Assembly: GCA_951406725.2 (NCBI GenBank)
Contig: OX597830.1
Location: 27,838,001 to 27,902,000 of the forward strand
Length of the DNA stretch: 64,000 bases
Source of the DNA: Octopus vulgaris
Taxonomy: Eukaryota
Reading direction: 5' to 3'
Below the pieces are notes generated by a model. The model was not told where the DNA came from and did not search any database. It was given only the letters and a program-made list of their open reading frames with translations. Of this stretch, positions 56,373 through 64,000 are shown one piece after another; the first letter of the stretch is position 1, and every line of letters starts with the position of its first letter. The position numbers and the translations under genes were made by a program.

Positions 56373-56740
56373 TGACACTCCGTCGGTTACGATGACGAGG
56401 CTTCCAGCTGATACGATCAACGGAACAGTCTGCTCGTGCAATTAACGTGCAAGTGACTGAGCACACCACAGATACATCTACACTTAACATTGTTCACGGG
56501 TGGGATTAAGCGAGACACAGGGTGTCACAAGGCCGGCCCTTTGAAATACAGGTACAAGATAGAGTGAGAGAAAGTTGTGGTGAAAGAGTACAGCAGGGTT
56601 CACCCCCCCACTCCGAGGGAGCTTCGTGGAGCTTTAGGTGTTTTCGCTCAATAAACACTCAAAACGCCCGGTCTGGGAATCGAAACTGCGATCCAACGAC
56701 CGCGAGTCCGCTACCCTAACCACCGGGCCATTACACCTCC
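56373..56740 (-). mobile_element. Full-length SINE, same family as 16164-16530
   Basis: Minus head GGAGGTGTAATGGCCCGGTGGTTAGGGTAGCGGACTCGCGG; tail GTAACCGACGGAGTGTCA. Confidence 0.85.
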
Positions 56741-56777
56741 ATATATGTCTGTGCACACATACACTCACACACACACA

Positions 56778-56827
<50 letters not shown>

Positions 56828-56871
56828 TATATATATATATATATATCTATTTATCGAACTATCTATCTATT

Positions 56872-57068
56872 TATTCCTTTTATTTTATTCAATTTTTTTT
56901 TGTTTTTGTTTTTGTTCTTTTCTTCCCTTTTACGATCCCTCTTGATCGAAAACCCACGCCACCCCTTTTTTTCTCTTTTGTTTTTTGTTCTCTTCATCCC
57001 CCAAAAGAAAAGCTCTACCTTGTAACTTGTCCCATCTGTGTGCAGCCCTGTGTGGCCAATAAAGAAAC
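56872..57068 (+). mobile_element. 3'-UTR copy of the Tx1-like LINE followed by (TATC)n
   Basis: TTTTACGATCCCTCTTGATCGAAA...GTGTGCAGCCCTGTGTGGCCAATAAAGAAAC; short TATC repeats upstream. Confidence 0.88.
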
Positions 57069-57149
<81 letters not shown>

Positions 57150-57151
57150 AA

Positions 57152-57260
<109 letters not shown>

Positions 57261-57598
57261 ACAGACAACTATATACATATTTAGACTGACATAGATTTAA
57301 CAAGTTTTCTGTGCATTTGTGTTTCCATGTTCTGTATGATTCAGTATTTTGGGATGAACGTTTTGTCCACACACACAGATTCAAGAAAAACCAGAAGGCA
57401 GCGTGAGCACAAAATTGCTGAAGTAGACGTAGAAAAACAATGGCATAAACGTATAAGAAAGTGAAATATTGGTACAGTTTGAATTGTTAATATATTATTT
57501 CTCTTGTAATCAATCATTTGACGGGGGTGACGGGACTAGAAATAAACAGAAATGACATGTACGTATAAGCATGGACAACTATGTAAGTATATATGTGC

Positions 57599-57636
<38 letters not shown>

Positions 57637-57685
57637 GCACATATATACATATATATACATATATATATTTATATATGTATATATA

Positions 57686-57750
<65 letters not shown>

Positions 57751-57815
57751 GTGTGTGTGTGTATGCATGTATGTGCGTGTCAGTATGAATGTGTGAGTGT
57801 ACAGATATGCATATG

Positions 57816-57856
<41 letters not shown>

Positions 57857-58425
57857 ATATATGTACGTATGTATTTAATGTACACATGAAACATTCTTTG
57901 TCATATAGGCAAACACTCTCGAGTACAAACTCCGTAACAATTTTCATCTACATCTCTACCACAAACATAAGTATAAATACACATAGAGCGAGTGAGAGAG
58001 GAGAGAGAGAGAGAGATAGTGAGAGGGAGAGAACGAAAGGGAGAGTGAAAGAAAGAGAGACGGTGCAAGAGACAGAGAGAGGGAGAGATAAAGAGGAACA
58101 GACAAAAGTGTGAAGTAGAGATATATAACACATGTGCCCCACTAAATCTACGGAATATTTGGATGAAACACGTTTAGATTTATGACGTAGTTATACACAG
58201 AGAGGGCATTAATTGTTTTTTTTTCAATAAGCCCAACACATTATATTCCTGGCTTTCTATTAATCTCAGTATATGCATACATATATGTGGATATCTGTAG
58301 ATATATACACATAAGATTATATACTAACTGGCACACACATACATGTACTTATTAATATATATATACATATATACAATTATACATAAATATATATATGTAA
58401 ATGTATGTTTTCTATATACATATAT

Positions 58426-58537
<112 letters not shown>

Positions 58538-58793
58538 ACATACACACAGACACCTACAGACACACACATATATAGATGTGTAAACACGCATTTATATAAA
58601 CATGATCCATAAATTAAATCTCTATCTCACTATCTGTACAAGTCTCTAAATCAATACTTATATTTACATCTGTCTCTCTCTCTCTCACTCACTTCCTGTC
58701 TCTTTCACTTGGTCTCTTTCTCACTTGCTCTCTCTCTTTCACTTTCTCTTTCTATCTCTGTTTATCTGTCTGTCTGTTTATCTATCTGTCTGC

Positions 58794-58903
<110 letters not shown>

Positions 58904-58932
58904 ATCTATCTATCTATCTATCTCTCTATCTA

Positions 58933-58965
<33 letters not shown>

Positions 58966-58966
58966 T

Positions 58967-59003
<37 letters not shown>

Positions 59004-59006
59004 ATA

Positions 59007-59889
59007 CAGAAGCGGATCGAACTTGCACGACTGCAATACCACAGAAACATTTTATAGAGGACTAGTGGAGGGTAAGTATGCGATGATCTTGGGGAGTACC
59101 TGGGTATCGACGAGGAATACCAGATCTGCCCGTTCAAGACAACTTATGGATAACTTTCAGAGATCCCTGGCCTGGCAGTGCTATCGAAAAGCATAACCCG
59201 TTCGAGGTAAGTTCTACAGGGATGGCTCTAGAAACACTGGGCCGACCTGCCCAATATGCGGTCAGATCAACGAAACCGTTCTCACGCACTCGTGCAGTGT
59301 CAAACCTTTTCCGACCTGTGGGCTTATGTCGAAAAACTGTTGTCGCGTGTGGGACGAGTTGGTTTATCAGCCGAGTCTATCGATAATATTGCCCCGCCTC
59401 CTTCCTTCAAACGGGAAGGAAGAGCTGTTTTCATTGTGCTAGTGGCTATGGCGAAGGAATGTGTACGGTGGACGCGTTTAAAAGGCCTAGAAACAAACAC
59501 TTTCCTCTCTGGTCAATCACTCATCAAATTTTTCAAGTATCACTTGAAAAGGAATGTGAGAGAAGAGATGGAAGTTTTGTTTAATGAACGTTTCACGAAA
59601 AGATGGATGAGTGTACGAAGGATGGCACGAATGAATGACGGAGCCAGCTTGGGCATAATCGCATGAATCAAAGAGAGCCAGTACTTTACTCTAAGGTACT
59701 TTTAAATTACATTGTCCGAGGTTACCGTGGTCATTTCGTAGTTTTTTTCTCCACGGATAAACCTCCGTTTTTTGCACTATTTCGACTCGTTGATCCCTTT
59801 TGGTCGTTGCCTTTTTTTCTCCCACGAAAAGAAAAACTCTACATTGTATTGTCCCCTCTGTGTCGAGCCCTGTGTGGCTAATAAAGAAA
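59007..59889 (+). mobile_element. Older, diverged 5'-truncated Tx1-like copy (ORF2 C-terminus plus UTR)
   Basis: ORF 59256-59666 is clearly homologous to the end of 49464-50768 (DLWAYVE.LLSRVGRVGLSAESI...KGLETNTFLSGQSLI); preceded by TATC repeats, ends AATAAAGAAAG-TTATCTAT. Confidence 0.93.
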
Positions 59890-61637
59890 GTTATCTATAC
59901 GTAAATCATAATATGTTTGGGGCGACTTCAAGATTCATAACTAGCTAATGCTAAGCAATCTCAACATATTACTATAATAGTGGACACATAGATGCGGAGT
60001 ATCTTTTTGTATTGAATTCTGGTCCACAAATGACGCTAGAGCAATAATTTATTATATATTATTACTGTTAGGTTCAGTTTATTGGTTCATTATGGACATT
60101 TAATTAGAATTGCATGTTTCTTATAGGAAGTGGAGGTTTTAAGTCTGAAATGAGAATAGAATGCAACTCTATACATTGGATAGCTCTGTATAAAATTATC
60201 TAGCTAAGTATTGGTTTAACTAATCAGTTTTTTCAGTCTTCTGCTTTTCATTAGTTATTCTTGAAATGTCGATATTTTGAGGGTATCCCAGATCTAATAT
60301 TCCGATAATTTACAGATTGATTTATATTTGTGTTTGAGTATTAGGCACTTCTCAGTTAAAGACAATCCGCCTCTCTTGTGTCTTTCACTTGATAAGGAAA
60401 TGCAGAGCATAGTCTTTCAATTGTTACACATTATTGGGTAGTTTTTGGGGTTTTTTTTTTGCTCTTCACGTGTATTATTTCTGAAGAAAATATATCGTTA
60501 TATTATCGTTGTTTACAATTACATTCCATCATGCCAACGTAATGTTTGCTGTAGGGGAATTTTGCATATGCTTATTTCTCTTAATATATAATAATATATC
60601 TAGCGGGCATACACTAGTACTTTGCACCTGCATTTTAATGCTGTTTAAGTGGAATTCTTTTCGTAACAGCGCTACGTTAGGGAATTCTCTTAAATCAAAT
60701 GTATCTTAGTGAAATGACGTAAGATTTGACTTGAGGATTTTATAGAAATACTGTTTGAGTATATAATATTACGGTGTACTCCTTTTTATAGTGAGTAGAG
60801 GGAGGTGGATGGTTAGAGAAGAAACTTTAGCTTTTTAATATTGTTTCAATATATTATTTAATTTGGAGAGGTAAATTAATTTTGATTGAAGTATTAGAAT
60901 GTGTTTAGCTATGTCATAATCATAGGAAACAATAACATCGTTGAAGTGTTGTGATCTAGCTTACTCGTCGTCTCTTTATTTGCCAATATTTATTGTAGCT
61001 GATTTCTTAGTGAATATATCAAAATGTAGATTGTGAAAAACTCCCCGTAATTATTGGAAGGTAAACTAAAGCAACGTTAATTAACCACCTTTCTTATATT
61101 TTCAATAAAAAATTAATGCTTAGAGAAATACTGTTGAAGCAAATGTATTCTTTGTAAAAGCATGCTATGGGTGTGAGACTCAACGAGAAGATCATCGATT
61201 AATTCCGACCATATAGCAATGGATGAATATTTTCTGTGTTATGGAAAGGTGCATAGCGCCTGATAATCAAATACGTTAATAAAATAGCAGGTCAACAAAA
61301 TTTTACAATAAATACATTTATTGAATGTCTCCATACGGAACTTCCACATAATTGATAATTTTCATTTAAAAACGAATAATTGTACAGTCTGAACTATTTC
61401 ACTCTTCGCTCTTTAAGCTACGAATAGTATGTTTTTTTTTTATTAGCTTATATATTTAAAAATTTAGTTTAATGTTTAAAAAAGTTTTATCCTTCGGAGC
61501 TCATCTCCATATAACCATCATCTCATCATATTCCACATTAGTAACACACAAAACATATTTCATTTTATCCATTCTCAATTTTTCTCTCTTAGTATATCTT
61601 TTTCTCTTTTTCTCCCCTTCTCTTTATACATACATAT

Positions 61638-61709
<72 letters not shown>

Positions 61710-61843
61710 CGAATTGTACAGTATTATATATCCATTATGGATGATAATACCAATCAGTTTTGCACTATATACATACATATAGGTACATATATATATTTAT
61801 GCATGCATATAAGTATGTATGCTTGAATATAAGTATGTGCGTG

Positions 61844-61881
<38 letters not shown>

Positions 61882-62514
61882 TACATAAAGATGCAGATAC
61901 ATATATATATGTATACACCTACACACCCATCCATACACAAGCACAAATATGTACACAAACGCACACGCGCACCTACACGTATATAACACACACACACATA
62001 TATATATACAAGTAATTCTATTTGCATTTGTTGTTATGCTTTCTGCAATGTGTATCACTCTGACTCGACAAATGTGTAAAATTCTGGCTGTAGGAACAGA
62101 TTAAGAAAAAAATGTGGTTGGGGCAGGAACGAAATCCCTCAATAGAAAACTAGAAAAACAAAAATTTAAGTATAAGAAACGTATAAGAAAGCAAAATATT
62201 GGTAAGTTTTGAATTGGTAATATATTATTTCCCTTCTAATCAATCATTTTACGGGGGACAGGATTGGAACTAAACAGAAATGAAATGAATGCGTATATAT
62301 ATGTAACGACACATATGCAAACATGTATATGTATCACCATGCTTCAATCCATTTATCCATACGTACACACACACGCGCACACACGGATATATATATATAT
62401 ATATACACATACATTTATACATATGTATAATATATGCATATGTATATGTATATATGTGTGTGTGTATACATAGACAGGCGTACATACATATATTACATCT
62501 ATGCATATATCTAC

Positions 62515-62545
<31 letters not shown>

Positions 62546-63006
62546 GATATATCTATCTATCTATCTGTCTGTCTGTCTGTCTATATATCTATGATATATA
62601 TATATGTATATATATATACATATATATATGTGTGTGTGTGTGTGTATAAGTATATGAAGACACACACACATATATATACACATGTAATATGTATATACAT
62701 TGCATATAGAAAGTGGGTGAAAGAATGAGGTAAGCATAGATGTAGAGATATACCATGTGCAGCTTTAAATCTATCGGCTATTTGAATAAGAGACATGTTT
62801 AGATTTATAACCTGCTTAACCAGAAATGTACCTCCAAAAATACAAACCTAACAAACCTATGCACATACCCAACTTTTCTGTTCTCTCACTTCCGAAGAAC
62901 TATAAATATTCAGTATTTCTAAGTTTTGCATTAGTCCTAATTCATAGTTACTTTCTTAGACACATATATACACGCACGTAGATATATACGTATCTATAAG
63001 TATATA

Positions 63007-63095
<89 letters not shown>

Positions 63096-63111
63096 ACATA
63101 TATACATATGT

Positions 63112-63144
<33 letters not shown>

Positions 63145-63436
63145 CATATAAACATAGATACATATATAAAAAATTCAATATCGCACAAGAACGCTAAACA
63201 TCCAGATAGACGATACAAAGAAAACAAGGACGTGTCATTCGGAGTTTTCTTTTATCAGTCGAGTTCCAGATTATCTTTACAATTTCGGCTTGTTTAACTC
63301 GAGATTGCTCCAATCTGGCCAGTCCCAATGAAAAACTAAGCTAAGAGCATTAGATTCCTTAGAAGAAATCACCGAATGTATACAAAACTTATACATAAAT
63401 ATACATATACATATATATATAAATATATATATACGC

Positions 63437-63523
<87 letters not shown>

Positions 63524-63573
63524 TAAATATTTGTTGTGCAAGATTTTTTATGTGAAGTCGTGTGTTGAAACAG

Positions 63574-63804
63574 ATATTGTTATATTTCGGAATGGTCATA
63601 TTGCCAGTTTAGCCAATAAAAACACACGCACTATATATTTGTTGTTATTTTGCTTCAGTGTTATTTATTTTTCACATTAATCTTAATCTTAAAATAAGTT
63701 TAAGATTAATGTAAAAAATAAATAACACTGAAGCAAAATAACACCAAATATATAGTGCGTGTGTTTTTATTGGCTAAACTGGCAACATGACCATTCCGAA
63801 ATAT

Positions 63805-63812
<8 letters not shown>
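63574..63812. repeat. Near-perfect inverted repeat, 113-bp arms, 13-nt spacer
   Basis: 63574-63686 is the reverse complement of 63700-63812 with three mismatches by eye. Confidence 0.95.
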
Positions 63813-63850
<38 letters not shown>

Positions 63851-63898
63851 GTGAAAATCAGACGTGAAAATCAGACAAGGTTGGAATTCCTTTTATTA

Positions 63899-63938
<40 letters not shown>

Positions 63939-64000
63939 ACGTGTATATATTTATATATATATATATATATCTGTGTGTGTGTGTGTATGTATGTATGTGT

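Noticed and set aside
59900-61400. AT-rich stretch with a hint of a minus-strand LINE (KRGGLSL)
   Set aside because: Too degraded to support by eye
62092-62206. AG...GTAAGT-bounded segment in the duplicated block
   Set aside because: Stops occur in all three frames, and the paralogous donor reads GTACAG

Overview
Eukaryotic, AT-rich, microsatellite-saturated non-coding DNA. The SINE families and simple-repeat density look like an octopus (coleoid cephalopod) genome; this is inference from pattern recognition, not a database result. I see no intact host gene. Almost every ORF in the track is a translation of (TA)n, (TATC)n, (ATT)n, (CA)n or (GTA)n. The only real protein-coding remnants are transposon-derived: a 5'-truncated, twice-frameshifted L1/Tx1-clade ORF2 (48973-51149, RT plus CCHC knuckle) with five shorter relatives, R4/Dong-like RLE fragments, an RTE-like RT fragment, a Penelope-like GIY-YIG fragment, and two mariner relics. 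Non-autonomous elements include two Helitrons, Helentron-type (HINE-like) elements, MITE-like inverted repeats and many tRNA-derived SINEs. Main leads: (1) the Tx1 family repeatedly sits in (TATC)n tracts; (2) a SINE tail is 34/41 identical to the Tx1 3' terminus, and the SINE twice abuts the same internal site of its own family; (3) a 1.1-kb array of about 26 palindromic GGACTTCCTGGAAAAGTCC units (TTC-N3-GAA, STAT/GAS-like) with variable G-rich spacers; (4) several minimal hammerhead-ribozyme cores; (5) a near-perfect 113-bp-arm hairpin; (6) one candidate 59-nt minus-strand exon. All coordinates were read by eye, and the ends of degenerate elements are approximate.
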